Origin: Podarcis cretensis
Lineage: Eukaryota
DNA length: 64,000 nucleotides
Reading direction: 5' to 3'
Assembly (NCBI GenBank): GCA_951804945.1
Contig: OX638163.1
Location: 4,092,001 to 4,156,000 of the forward strand
Numbering within the stretch: position 1 is the stretch's first letter; every line of letters starts with the position of its first letter. The notes beneath the pieces were generated by a model, which saw only the letters and a program-made list of their open reading frames with translations, was not told the origin of the DNA and ran no database searches. Below are positions 12,681 to 25,727 of the stretch, piece by piece. Made by a program: the position numbers and the translations under genes.

Positions 12681-13970
12681 TTCCTCTCAAAAGTAGCAAC
12701 CCACCTTTTGCTGAGACCTTGGAGAGCTGTTTCTGGTCTGCGTAGACAACACAGGGCTGGATGTGGCAATGGTCTGACAGTATATGGTAGCATCACATGT
12801 TTAGGCTATAAGGACTAGGGATCACGCGTGAGAGCATGCTGTTGTGTCCTTGTTGTATTTGTGAGCCTTCCATAAGTATGCAGCTTGCCACGTGCGTTTG
12901 CAAGATTTATCAATAAATGTAATGAAGTTTATTGTCCCCCAGCAATCCGCGTCTCTCTCTGGAGAGGATACTTTATGTTTAATTAAGTCAAATGAAGGTG
13001 TCACTGTGTTGTCATAAGTTATAACACACTTTCTCTGGAAGTCTCCTATTACTGAATGCTGATCTTGTGTTATATGTTCCACTGTTGTTGTTAAAACAAC
13101 TATGTTTTGGAGCCCAAAAACATCTGGAAGGCACCATGTTGAGTACTGGATTAGAGTGTGTCCCACATTGGGGAGCCAGGGCATGGCTAAAAGGTGCCTG
13201 CAGAGTAATAATTCAACCTTGCGAGTATTTTTATTTTTATGCTGCCAGTCTACAACCTTCCCCCACAGCCCAACCCTCCTGCCCACAATGTGGCAGTCAT
13301 TTTTGGCTCAGATGGCCTGAATGAGTTGTCAGGGGAAGCAGCTCTTGCACTTTATAAATGGTACATTTTCCTGGCTGAGAACTGAAACTACCCTAAGGTG
13401 TCTAAAATCTGGTGATTTGGTGGCGTGCCGCTCCTGCAGCTGTCATGATTAGCGGCCATTGACAAGGGTTATCCTCTTCTGCAAATTTGTCTGAGTCCAG
13501 GGATGGGGAACCTGTGACCCTCCAGATGTTGCTCACTGAGGATGATGTGAGTCAGAATCTGACAACATCTGGAAAGCCACAGGTTGCCCATCCCTGCAGC
13601 AGAGCTGTCCAAAGCTGTGGCCATTGCCTAACCTCATTCCACAGAAAAATTCCACGCTGCTCGAGGAACTTCCTTCTTTCGTCTGTCTCATTTCTCCCAT
13701 CAATCAGTTTAACCAGATGATCTCTTTTCTGCATCTTTCCCAGTTTGCAGTGCCTCCCCCTTTTAAGATAAGGCAGCACCCCACCCCCCAAAAAAAATAA
13801 GTATACTGCATCAGGGAGTATGGATATTCCCTTCTTAGCAGTTTACACACAATAGCCATGGGAAGGCCTCTCTAGGTCCCTCTTCTCCCATCAGCCCCAG
13901 TCAGCGTAGCCAATCGTCAGGGACCATTGGAGATGCCTTTGCTTTTATTACTAATTTTATTTTTACACTT

Positions 13971-14186
13971 ATAAACCCCACTTATTTTCCGTCCAAGGAG
14001 CTCAAGGTGGTGTACGTGGTTCTCCTCCCCATTTTATCCTTACAACAATCCTGTGAAGTAGGTTAGACTGAGATAAGGTGACTGGCCCAAGATCACCACC
14101 CAGTGAGCTGCATAGCTGAGTGTGGATTTTGGACCTAGGTCTTCCATGTCTTAGTCCAGCACTCTTGAGTGTTAACACTACACTAG
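13971..14186 (-). mobile_element. MIR/CORE-like SINE (representative)
   Basis: ccccattttatccttacaacaatcctgtgaagtaggttagactgaga...gactggcccaagatcacc; similar at ~31685(+), 46430, 48400, 61380, 63230(+). Confidence 0.65.
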
Positions 14187-15401
14187 AGACCTTTCTGGTG
14201 ATGCTCAGCATAACACCCCTCGTGGTTGACTTTGCCCATTCCCTCCTCTTGTTTCTGGATGTCCTGAGGGCTTGGTACCCAGTTATCTCTTTTGTATGCT
14301 GGCACTGAGTGCTGTTCCTCCACGACCAGAGCACCAGAGCAAGGTGTGAGCAGTAACCAGAGCTGGCCACATCCATCCAAGCTGAGTGATCCAGGCCTGC
14401 TTTATGAAGTGAGCCCTCTATGAAGCTGCAGGGCATGAAAAAGACGCAGCTGAAAGCTCACATGGTGCATTCGGCTGTGTGATCTCCCTGTACAGAAATA
14501 TGCCTTTAGCAGAACCAGCAGCTCCTCTGTTTGTTTATCCAGGGCAAAGAAGAACTCAAGGCACAGAGCTAGCTTGCTCTGTTCTAAGGGTGTGTGTGGA
14601 AGCAAGAAGGAGATTGCTTTAACAGGGACCTTGAAACAGTTGAACTCTGGTACCTTTCCTGGGTAATTCACACAATGCTGGGAGGACCCACAGCTCAGTG
14701 GCAGATCCAATGTTTTGCACACAGAACTTCCCCGGTTCAGTCCCTGTTGTGTCCAAGTATGCCTGGGAATGACCCCCAAAGCTGGAGAGCTGCTACCAGT
14801 TTGAGTAGATAATACTGAACTAGATGGGCCAGTGGTCTGACTCAGTATAAGCAGCCCTTTATTCAGAGCCATGAGGACTGTGGCTTTTCTTTGTTAAGTG
14901 AAAGGCTGTTCCTCAGTGATAGAACTTCTGCTTTTCATGCAGAATGTCCCAGATCCAGGTCTTAGCATCTCCAGGCAGGGCTAGGAATGTCCACTGTCTG
15001 AAGTCTGCTGTTTCAGGCAGGTTTCCTATTCCACCCTTCCTTATGACCTTGAGCTTTTTCCATATAGAATCATAAAATTGTAGTTGGAAGGGACCACAGG
15101 CGTCATCTCATCCAACCCCCTGAAAAGCAGGAATCTTTTTGCCCAGTGTGGGGCTCAAACCCACAACCTCGAGATTGAGCTATCTATGGATAAATTTAGA
15201 AATACATTCTCAGCATACTCTAGTTTGGTGTTGTTTAAATTGCACCTTTTTTTTAAAAAAAGTAAGTTTCTAGTCCTTGTGGCTTGACTGTTCCTCTTTG
15301 CAGTAAATGGCTTAGCAGCAAAAGTTAGACAGCCTTCAGAGGAGGCAGAAGGCTTTGTTGTTCTCCATTCCTAAACCTCACTTCTCTCTCTCTCTCACCA
15401 G

Positions 15402-15455
15402 GGCGATATGGGTGCAATTGGACCTTTAGGTTTTCCAGGACCAAAAGGATTAAAG
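15402..15455 (+). CDS. COL27A1: Collagen exon C, 54 bp: GDMGAIGPLGFPGPKGLK
   Basis: (ct)n caccag|GGC...AAG|gtgact. Confidence 0.95.
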
Positions 15456-15774
15456 GTGACTGACTTCCAATAAGCAGAGGCCACAGCTCAGTGGTGCAGA
15501 GCACAAGGTCCCAGGTTTGATCCCCAGCATTGCCGCTCAAAGACTGTATTGGGTTGCTGGGCTGGTAAAGACCCCACAGAGCCATAAGCAATCAGAGTGG
15601 ACCAGCCTCTCCCAGTGGAGTGTCCTGCAGATGCTTTCAGCTACAACTCCCATCAGCTATGCTTACTGGGGCTGATGGGAGTTGTACTCCAAAACACCTA
15701 GAGGGGACACCATATTAGCAAAGGCTAAAGCAGAAGATGCTAGATGAGATGGATCCTAGTTCAGTGTTAGAATA

Positions 15775-16016
15775 CAGTGGTACCTCGGGTTACATAGGCT
15801 TCAGGTTACAAACGCTTCAGGTTACAGACTCTGCTAACCCAGAAATATTACCTTGGGTTAAGAACTTTGCTTCAGGATGAGAACAGAAATCATTCTCCGG
15901 CAGTGCAGCAGCAGCGGGAGGCCCCATTAGCTAAAGTGGTGCTTCAGGTTAAGAACAGTTTCAGGTTAAGAACAGACCTCCAGAACGAATTAAGTTCTTA
16001 TCCCAAGGTACCACTG
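15775..16016. mobile_element. Tc1/mariner MITE, family B, copy 1
   Basis: TA|CAGTGGTACCTCGGG ... CCCAAGGTACCACTG|TA. Confidence 0.9.
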
Positions 16017-16844
16017 TACTAGCTTGCCATGCAGATGGCCCCTGGAATCTCCATTCCAAATGTGACCAGGTAGCAGGTGATGGGGAAATCCTTGAAGAGC
16101 AGCTGTTGGTCAGAGAAGACAACAGGTGGGGAGACGGGCACAATGACTTGCCTGCCAAAAGTATAAGGCAGCTTCATATGTTTTTCAAATCATCTGAGTT
16201 AGGCACCCCTTTGTCACATTCTTCTTTCTTTAGGGTTCCCTTGAACCCAGCACCCACAATTTGTTCTGCATGCAGAAGTGTGTGTTATGATCTGTAAGGT
16301 GGAGCACAACTCCAACCCTTGAATTAGAAGACCATGGAATATGTCCCCATCTCCTGAAGCCACAGGCAGGGAAGCATCATTAAAACAATCTTAAATGGCA
16401 CAACACAAAAAAGGAGGGAAGAGGAAAATGAAAAAAATCAGACACCAGTAATGGAAGTTATGTACTAGTTCTTATAATGACCAGCTGGAATGGAAACTGT
16501 CCAGGAAATGGACTGTAGCGAACTATGTTCTGCTTAGAGAAGACCCATTAAAACCAATGTATCTAAGTTGGCCACACCTATACTTCACTTCATCTAGACA
16601 CTTCAATGTGTCTAATCTGAGTAGGACTAACATTGGCTGCAACCCTGTATTTTCGCTATGTTTCCCCCTTTATATGAATTTCCTGAAGCAAATGTATTTC
16701 ATGGATGGTTTGGTGAACGGGAATCCTCCTTATATTTCAGGAGAGCCCTGGTTCAGCCTCCTCACACTCCATGGCTCTTAGATTTGGAACGAAGGGCAAT
16801 GTTTCAGTTCACTTTGGTCTCACTTTCTCTTTTCTCTTTGTTAG

Positions 16845-16889
16845 GGGCTGATGGGAAATCCTGGAGAGAGTGGACTGAAAGGTGATAAG
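16845..16889 (+). CDS. COL27A1: Collagen exon D, 45 bp: GLMGNPGESGLKGDK
   Basis: tgttag|GGG...AAG|gtgatc (weak donor). Confidence 0.93.
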
Positions 16890-19800
16890 GTGATCTGAAT
16901 ATTCCCTTATTGCACTGTTATTTCTTTCTGCATGCAAGACCCTGTTTTCTTCACACTGTGTGATATATACTTCATTACTTGCAACTCCCTTAATTTGCCA
17001 GTCTTTCTGATCTGTATATCTAAGTTTAGAACATACTGGAAAAACAAAGATTTAACGCCCTCAAGATTGGTCCCATCTTGTTTTGTGAAAGGTTCCCAGA
17101 ATTAAACGGGATGGATCTGTAACAATGTCTTATAATTTAATATGATCTAGGGCTGTTTGGTCATTTTTGGTGGCAAAAATCAGTTCAGTTGTCTGGGGAA
17201 GAAATATGGGGTTGTGTACAACATTAGCACTACTTAGTGTATACTCAGAGTAGACCACTGAAATTAATTAATATGATTAATTAGGCCAATTGGTTTTAGT
17301 GGGTTTATTCTGCTTATAACTCAGGTAGATACAGCCTTTGGTGTTTTTATGCACAGCTAGATATTTGGTGATCAACCAATTTGTTCTCCATCAAGAGACT
17401 TTAGGTTTATGCATTTTGCTATAATTTTTCTCTGCAATTCGAATTTCACAGTGAAATGTACATTGAAGAAGATCCAATGTTAGCCACACCCAGAACCATT
17501 GAAATTTAAGTCTGTTGATTTCAATGGATCAACTGTTAAGAATGACTTAGTAGGATCCCACCCATTATTTTTATGTTGTGGTCCATCTTGTAGAATATAT
17601 ATTTATTTTTCGAAACCTTTTTTTTGTTGGAGAGCATATTTTCTTTCTTTGTTCATGTGTATATATATATATATTGCTTTTCATCAAGTAGAAGTTCGTA
17701 AAGCAGTTTCCAAAAACCCAGCAACTAAAACTGAACGAAAACTAGATAATCAATAATTTATTTTATTTTAAATAAATGAATGAATAAATAATAACTTGTG
17801 AATGTTTGAAGTAAGAAAGAATATAATGCAGTAAAATATCCAGTAACGTCAAAATGCTGTAAAACCTATGGGATTGGAAAGCATTAAAATTTAAATAACC
17901 CATATATCAGAGCAGCTAATCAGATAGACAAGCTCCTCTGTCTGGCCCTTTGAGTGCTCACTAGGCCACACTGCTCACCCAGCCTTGATCAACTGCAGAA
18001 GCCCTTGACTGCTTCTGCTTGACTGGAATGTACTCTTGAACTGCGATTGTGCTTCTTGCTTGCCTCTTTATGGCTTTTGAAACCTCTGTGTTTCTGCATG
18101 ACTGGAATGTAGCCAACTGTACAAACGTTGCTCTGTGTATTTTTTTTTTTGCCACCTCTGGCATGCAGCCCTCAGAAGGTTGCTCATGAGGGAATCTGGC
18201 CCTTGGGTTGCAAAAGGGTCCCACACCCACCCCTGAAAGAAGCCCCCATGCCGCTGGGTTTTTCTGCTAGAGGGATCTGAATCATTCAGAACAGAGCTCC
18301 AACTTTACTCTGCTCCAGGTTGGGGGGGGGGGCGAGTATCCCATGTGCAAGAGAGGGTCTGAAGCGCAGGATGCTGGCTCAGCAGCAGCAACAGCATGGC
18401 ACTCAAAATGTCCTCTGTACTGCCAGGAGCCAGCAACCTTTTCCGAATTATTAACTCAAATCAGATGAGATCAGCATCCCCGGACCTAACTTGTTCCATC
18501 TGCTGCTTCTTGCTGACTTGCAGAGTTCTGGGAGAAGGACTTACAGGTTTTGAGGGCATCCCACATCCTGCTTGGCAAAAGCTGATGTCTCTCTCCTTCC
18601 ACCAGAGTGTTGTAGAATCGATGCAGCCCTTTGCTCCGGTGTGTCTGCATTGTGGCTCTGCTGGTGGAGGATCTTACACACCTCTCCCAAGTTATTTTAC
18701 TCCAGTTCATTTCCTTGTGCAGGAGATGTTTCCAAAAGACTGAACCCCATGGTTTGCAGCAGTGACCAGTCCAGATTTTTCTCTAGGGGCAGTCAGTCAC
18801 TTGACGTACACATTTGTGTATGAAGTAGGGTAGACATATTGAAATTAATGTACCTAAGTGCATCATGTCCATGAATTTCAAGGGGTCTACTCCAAGTAGG
18901 AGTAAGATTGGGTTGTATCCCAATCAGAGTAGACCCACTGATTATTATTTTTTTAATGACTAACTTTAATTCCATTCATTTCAGTGGGTCTACTCTTGAG
19001 TGTAACTTAGTTGGATACAACCCATAGTTTTAAGCGTTTGTAGAACTACTCATTTTTTGTAATAAATTAGTCTGCTTCCATCCCAGTAGCGTAGCTAGAC
19101 AGGGACGGGGTGGGGGCATTTTTCTTTGTTATTGTGGTATGTATTTTGTGTTTTTATATTGTAAACTGCCTTGAAGAGTAGGGTAGAAATTTAATAAACA
19201 ATAACAATAATATAAAGTCTGCACAGGAATGGAAGAGGATGGACTCAGTAGTCCCATCCTCAAGTAGTACTAGGAAGAATTGGACCCTCATGGGTCCCTC
19301 CCTCCCTCCCTCCCTCCCTCCCCTTCTTCAAAACAGGTGACAAGCAACATCTTCCACACCACCTGGAGGTGGCACACCCAGCCCAGTCCTCCAGTGCCTT
19401 GTCTCTGCTTCCAATTGCAGCATCTGTTGCCTGAGGCAATTGCCTCACTTTGACTCATAGTAGGGCTGGCCCTAAGGCTACCATTGGATGCTGTGCTTAT
19501 CCAGTTGTCCCCATGAATGTGTGAACGTATCCTTTTAGCAGGCTTAGCTTTGGGAGGCCAGAGTTAACAGGTGAGAACTTTCACTGTGTGTTTTTGTTTA
19601 ATAGGGCTTCATTGGCTATTTTACAAGGGTATTAAATTGTAGGCCATCTCACATGCCAGGGTTAGGATGGCCTAGAAATTCTAATAAAAATAAGAAGTTG
19701 TCAGCAGTGCAGCTATTTCCTTCAGTTGTTTATATTTTTGAGAGTAAATAATTTGCCGTGCATTGCCTAATTCTTTCCAAATGCCTGACAAAAAAGAAGA

Positions 19801-20097
19801 AGAAGCCTTGCTGCTTTTGGGGAAAATATACTGTATATGTAAGTTTACATGGAATAAGCACCTCCTGTGAGAATATTCTAAGAGCTTGCATCCACAGCAA
19901 AATGTGGACTGATAGGCTTAACTACTTGATGGTGCAGGCAGGGGTGGCCCTTTTCAAATTGTCCACTCCTCCCACCCCCCACAAATAAGTCAAATAAGAT
20001 CAGGGAGAGAATTGTTGGTCCAATTGCTGCCTGCTATGCTTTCTACTTGAAAGGGATAATTTTTGGTATGTGTGTGTGTGTGTATGAACATCCTATG

Positions 20098-20935
20098 TAC
20101 AAACAGGTCCCACTATCCAAACATTCATACAAAAATTCACTTATCCGACCACAAGGAATTAGTACACAAACCTTGCTATACACACTGCAGTTTCAGATAT
20201 CCAAGCAACCAGACCTGCGTGTAAAGGTAAAGGTAAAGGGACCCCTGACCATTAGGTCCAGTCGCGGACGACTCTGGGGTTGGGGCGCTCATCTCGCTTT
20301 ATTGGCCGAGGGAGCCGGCGTACAGCTTCCGGGTCATGTGGCCAGCATAACTAAGCCGCTTCTGGCAAAACAGAGCAGCACACAGAAACGCTGTTTACCG
20401 TACTTTCCTGCCGGAGCAGTATCTATTTATCTACTTGCACTTTGACTTGCTTTCAAACTGCTAGGTGGGCAGTAGCTGGGACAGAGCAACAGGAGCTCAC
20501 CCCGTTGCAGGGATTCGAACTGCCGACCTTCTGATCGGCAAGTTCTAGGCTCTCTGGTTTAACCCACAGCGCCACCCGCGTCCCAGACCTGCGTGTAGTA
20601 TTGTACAAAAATAAGCAACCTTAAGTGAGCCTTACTTTTTGTGTTTTGCTAGTCCATGGGAGCCGTTTTGCCAGAAATCATGGTGGGTGGGTGGGAGGGA
20701 GAGAGAGAGAGCAGATAAGAGAGTGGTCTTTCCTTCCTTGTTTGTCTTCTGCAAGGTTTCAGGGGGGTTTTCCTCAGCCCTTTCCTCAGTTCGTGGCCAA
20801 AATTACATGGTCAGGAATGCATTATAAATTTTCTCATAGGAATCAATGGAAATTGTCTGCTTGTTATGCAAACGCTTGCCTAACAGACCATTTCCTGAGA
20901 ATACATTGTGTTCAGATGGTGAGACCTGCATGTAC
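20098..20935. mobile_element. Older TIR MITE (family C) hosting a Sauria SINE
   Basis: Ends tacaaacaggtcccactatccaaaca / tgttcagatggtgagacctgcatgta are inverted; homologous copy at ~41460-42238. Confidence 0.7.
20224..20584 (-). mobile_element. Sauria SINE, full length
   Basis: GGGACGCGGGTGGCGCTGTGG head, B box GTTCGAATCC, (ACCTTT)n tail; 13-bp TSD AGACCTGCGTGTA at 20211-20223 and 20585-20597. Confidence 0.92.
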
Positions 20936-21108
20936 TAATGCCAAACTCATTCTCTGAGTGTGGATCCTTACGTAGCTGAAACATAATCTATCCTCACAAT
21001 GGCCAGCCAGATGCCCCAGTGGGAAGCTTGCAAGCTGAGCACAGCAGCCATCTCCTGCAGTTGTTACCCCCAGCAATTACAAAGTGCACTGCCTATGAGC
21101 CTGCAGTA

Positions 21109-21367
21109 TAGGGTCACCATATTTCAAGAAGCACAAAGTTGAGCTTTTTTTGGGGGGGGGGGCGATCAGCAGCAGCACACAGCAAGCTGTCTTCTGAAAT
21201 CGCTGTCTAGAAGACACTGAAGTGACCACTGCATGGCACTTCCACTATTGCCGGAGAACAGACTAAATCCCAGACATTTACTGTTCATTTGAAAATTCCC
21301 CCCAGGCACCAATTTAGCCCTCATCCCTGGACGTTACTGGAATTTTCTGCTTTATATGGCGACTCTA
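21109..21367. mobile_element. hAT-type MITE
   Basis: TIR TAGGGTCACCATA / TATGGCGACTCTA; degenerate 8-bp TSD ctgcagta / ctgtagtg. Confidence 0.7.
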
Positions 21368-21763
21368 CTGTAGTGCAGCCCTCATGACTAGTTGCAACAG
21401 AGAATCTCATCCTTCACAAGGTATAAGGAAGAATGAGGAGGATGTCACCCACCAATTTGATTTGAAAAAGGGGTTTAGACAACTTCTAAGCATTCTTTTG
21501 CACCATTAATTGATTGGTAATTTGTCAAGGAAGAACCTCGAGATGAGTTATGTCCTCCTGTCATTGGTGTGTGAAAACTCCAATTTTGCTCAGAAGTCCT
21601 GTTTTGCTCTGGGGTTTTTTTGCCACCAATCCTGCCTTGAACAAGCCTGAAAAATGACATTTCTGCTGCTCCAGTAAAACCAAGTCCTTTTCCATTAACC
21701 TGGGCATGTGTTTTATCCCTGATATGATGTCTGTTTTAACTTTCTTTGGTGGTGTGTGTTCAG

Positions 21764-21817
21764 GGTGATCAGGGAGTGCCTGGTGTGCCAGGAGACGTTG
21801 GATTCCAAGGAGACAAG
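21764..21817 (+). CDS. COL27A1: Collagen exon E, 54 bp: GDQGVPGVPGDVGFQGDK
   Basis: gttcag|GGT...AAG|gtaact. Confidence 0.95.
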
Positions 21818-23284
21818 GTAACTGGTTTTAAGTATTATTGCACTCCAAACCCACTTTCCTTCAAATTAAAACTTCTTGGATTTTTTTTATCGAATTACTA
21901 AAATTACCTTCTCTTCAAGTCAAAGCTGTTAGACTGCCATGACTCATCTGTGTGCATGATATTTGTAAAACGGGTATTAATTATTATTTCTGAACTGCTT
22001 TGTTTATTGTTTGATGTGTTGTTGTGAGCCACTTATGACACAATTTTATGAAAAAGTAGCATGCATGCAAATAAGCAGATTATCTTCATGATTAATAATA
22101 ATTACATTAATGTTTCACCTTAATCAATGAGATCCTCTGATGGGACATTTATTTTGGGCAGGGGAGCTTTTAACATGGCAGGTCATGTCCTGTGGAACTC
22201 ACTGCAAATACATATTTGGCAGGAATTGCCCCTATTTCTGTTAGATGTCTTTTAAAAATGGAATTGTTCAGACAGTCCTTTGGACCAAGGATTTTTTTAC
22301 CAACCAATTTTTAGTGATTTGGTACTGATGCTTTTACTCATACTATTATTGCAGCATTGTGTTTTCACGTTGTTTACCACCTTGTTACATTTTCTATGAA
22401 AGTGTGTGCATATAATTTTTATGCCCCTTTTCATTCACTGACTACCGAAGTGGTTACCAATCAAAACTGCAGCAGTAAAAGATTACAATGAATTATTCAA
22501 CAATCTAAAGAACTGGTAATAGTGGCTAGGGAATCTCATTAGCCTGGTCAGTATGTCTGGTGTGTCTGGAAAGCTATCTGGGGCCTAAGGCAGTTCCAGA
22601 AGAATCTGCAGCACTTGTCAGGTATTCAGTTTGAACAGGCAAAGAGGGAATGTACAAGTCCTGCCCCCTTGATGACAACATTCATATTGGGCACCCTCCC
22701 CAGCCAATGCTTGAGCAGCGTTGACCTCAAGCAGGGCCAACCCACCCAATGAGGCAAGGTCAGGTGACCACTTCGAGCAGCAGGTACTCGCTGCCGCAGT
22801 GAGATCCTTGGAGGCTGATCTGCTGCTTCCTTGGGAGACCCCTCACCATGCTACCTCCATAGCAGCCTCTTGGAGAATAGGAGACACTGCTGGTCTCCTC
22901 CCATCCCTAGAGAGGAAATGGCAAGGGCTGCCCTCTGGGGTCTTTGGGGCTCTGCACCCACCCAGCATGATTCAGAGCAGGCCCTTTCCCTGTCTCTGTG
23001 ACAGCCTCTGATTCCCACTTCAACCGTTGGGTAAGATTGATTTGATTCTCTCCCATGTTCTCGATGTAGATCTTCACTCATCCTTTCTTCCTTGGCTCAG
23101 GGTGCGGACACAATTTTGTGGTTCTCAGGTGCCAAAACATATTGCGTTGGCCCCAATTTGTAGTGAGTTGTCATGCTTAGGGCTAGAGTATACTGATTTT
23201 GCAGGACCACAACTCCCATCGTCCCTGACTGTTACACATTCTTGCCTGGGGCTGTCCTCTAGAAGCTTCTCTTCTGTTTTTCAG

Positions 23285-23338
23285 GGTAGCCAAGGTTCAC
23301 CTGGGATGCCAGGTGCCCGAGGAAAGCCAGGACCTGCT
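23285..23338 (+). CDS. COL27A1: Collagen exon F, 54 bp: GSQGSPGMPGARGKPGPA
   Basis: tttcag|GGT...GCT|gtaagt. Confidence 0.95.
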
Positions 23339-23792
23339 GTAAGTAACTGCTCCTGTTTCCATTTTGACCCATAAAGGCTCCTGCCAGTAGTCTACTACTC
23401 AGAACCAGTGTAATGGCTAGAGCAACCTTGTCCCCAGTTGTTTCAGGATTACAGCTCCCATCATCCCTGATCATTGGTCATGTTGGGGTTTGCAGTGCAA
23501 CAACATCTAGGGACCCAAGATTGGGGAAGGCTGGATTACTGGGGAGAAGAAAGGTGGGATGTAAATGTAAGAAAAGAAAATGTGATTGAATGTGTCCTCG
23601 TGAAAAAAAGTATTTTCTTGGTAAGCCAGGTAGAAAGCAAACCTAGTCCTGACCTGCTAGTTTTCTAGGTGGAAGGGTATATTGGTTTTATGTTTTATGT
23701 AGGAGCATTTCAATAGGTGAGCACCCAGGTTGACTGCCTCAATCTTAAAAAGCCCTCTCTTGAATCACTGTTCCCCTTCTGGTTTTTTGCAG

Positions 23793-23846
23793 GGGAAGAT
23801 CGGTGACAAAGGTGCAGTTGGAATTCCAGGATCACCTGGCCCTGAG
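23793..23846 (+). CDS. COL27A1: Collagen exon G, 54 bp: GKIGDKGAVGIPGSPGPE
   Basis: ttgcag|GGG...GAG|gtatga. Confidence 0.95.
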
Positions 23847-24660
23847 GTATGAGTTCAAGATTGCTTCTTCCTTTGGAGACCTAATGCCATTTTTTTAGTT
23901 GGTTTCTTCTTAAACTGCATTCTATCCTAAGCTGGTCTTCCTTCCTTCCTTAAAATTTATCCACTTCTCTGAATCCCACCCCCTTGCTTATTACATTTTT
24001 TAAAAAGGCAAGTAAAATGAATGTAAGAAGAGCCCTGCTGGATCAAGCCAAGGGCCCATCCAGTCCAGCTTCCTGTTCTCAAAGTGGCCAACCAGATGCC
24101 TGTGGGAATCCAAAATGGATCAACACAGCTGCCTGCAAGTTTGGACCCTTCCTGGGAGCAGGGAAGGCTATCTCAATGGGGCAAATGGGACTGTGCCCCA
24201 TCAACCTCACCCCGCACTCAGCCAGCCCACACCTGCCTACTTCTTACGTGCATCCAGTCTAGTATGGTGGCACTTCCTATCAGCTTCCTCCTTCATAGGC
24301 TCTGTGTTACCCTTGTATAACTTAGGTGGGAGGATGATGGTGACAAAACCAGAATTAGGCAGCCTCTATCTGTCATTGGCTCTACTTGCTGTTGGTCTCC
24401 CTGCTTCCCATTCTACCAGTCCCAATAGGCACCAGCTTCCACAGCTTGGGCGGCGTGGCTTTTGGAGCTGTCACAGTGAGCTCCTGCCCCACTGTTTAGG
24501 GCTGAGTGGGCAAAATGGAGTCTGGTATCATCTTCAAAAGACTAGTAAATTTCTTGTGGCATAAGTTTTCGTAGGTCCAGGCCTGCTTTGCCCAGTGATG
24601 TCTTTTTGTAATCGGCATAATGCTCATGCCCAGAGACTCCCTTTTGGGTTTGCTGTAACA

Positions 24661-24796
24661 CAGTGTTTCCCAACCTTGTGCCTCCAGCTGTTTTTGGACT
24701 ACAATTCCCATCATCCCTTGCCACTAGTCTTGCTAGTCAGGGATGATGGGAGTTGTAGTTCAAAATCAGCTGGAGGCACAAGGTTCGGAAACACTG
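24661..24796. mobile_element. Palindromic hAT MITE (136 bp); best-preserved member of a very abundant family
   Basis: Almost fully self-complementary; perfect 8-bp TSD CTGTAACA. More than 15 decayed relatives with the actacaactcccatc...gatgggagttgtagt core. Confidence 0.92.
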
Positions 24797-25512
24797 CTGT
24801 AACAGACGGGACATAACTCAGGAGTCTAGTGGAGCACCCTCATCACTAAAGCAGCTGGGTGATATTTTTTGGTTATAGGGACTCATTTGGTTGAAATGAG
24901 AGGAAAAGAAGGAAAATAAAGAAAGGAGTTCATCCAGGAAAGCTCCCCACCATATTGGTCAGTTCTCAGTTATTAATATGTTTGTATCAGGAATAGTCTT
25001 TGGCAGATACTAGAAATCCATCAGAAAGCCAACAGGGTTAAAATAAATAAAGGCTATTTAAGTAGCGGGACACGGTCTTGGTGGCTGAACTAGCATCCTA
25101 TAAACATGTCAGAGAGCAAAGGCAGAACATGGATAGGTTTAAAAGAGAAATGGTTTATATTATGAAATTGGATGCATCAAAACAGTTTGTGCCATAGTCA
25201 AAATATGAGTCTTAAAAGCTTGTGGTGAGGTTCTGGATTAGTTTCAATGAATTATATTTTTTGGAATGGCTGTTCTGTGAAGTTTACTACAGTTCCTCTT
25301 GTTCATGTATGTGACGAGGCAATGGTTGAGTAGTGTCCATCATTCTTTTATATAAGGAACAGGATGAAACACTAAATATTTAAAGAGCGCCACCTGTCTT
25401 CCTGAAGAAGGCTAATTTAAGCCCAGGTCCTTTGGTTATTTTTGCAATGTGGTTGCTGGTGCAAAGTTGCTCCCCCTCCCTTGGCTACCTCTTGCACTGC
25501 TCCAGTAATATA

Positions 25513-25727
25513 CAGTGGTACCTCGAGTTAAGAACTTAATTCGTTCTGGAGGTCCGTTCTTAATGTGAAACTGTTCTTAACCTGAGGCACCACTTTAGCT
25601 AATGGGGCCTCCCGCTGCCACCGCACAATTTCTGTTCTCATCCTGAAGCAAAGTTCTTAACCCGAAGTACTATTTCTGGGTTAGCGGAGTCTGTAACCTG
25701 AAGCATCTGTAAACCGACATACCACTG
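25513..25727. mobile_element. Tc1/mariner MITE, family B, copy 2 (opposite orientation to copy 1)
   Basis: TA|CAGTGGTACCTCG ... TACCACTG|TA. Confidence 0.88.
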
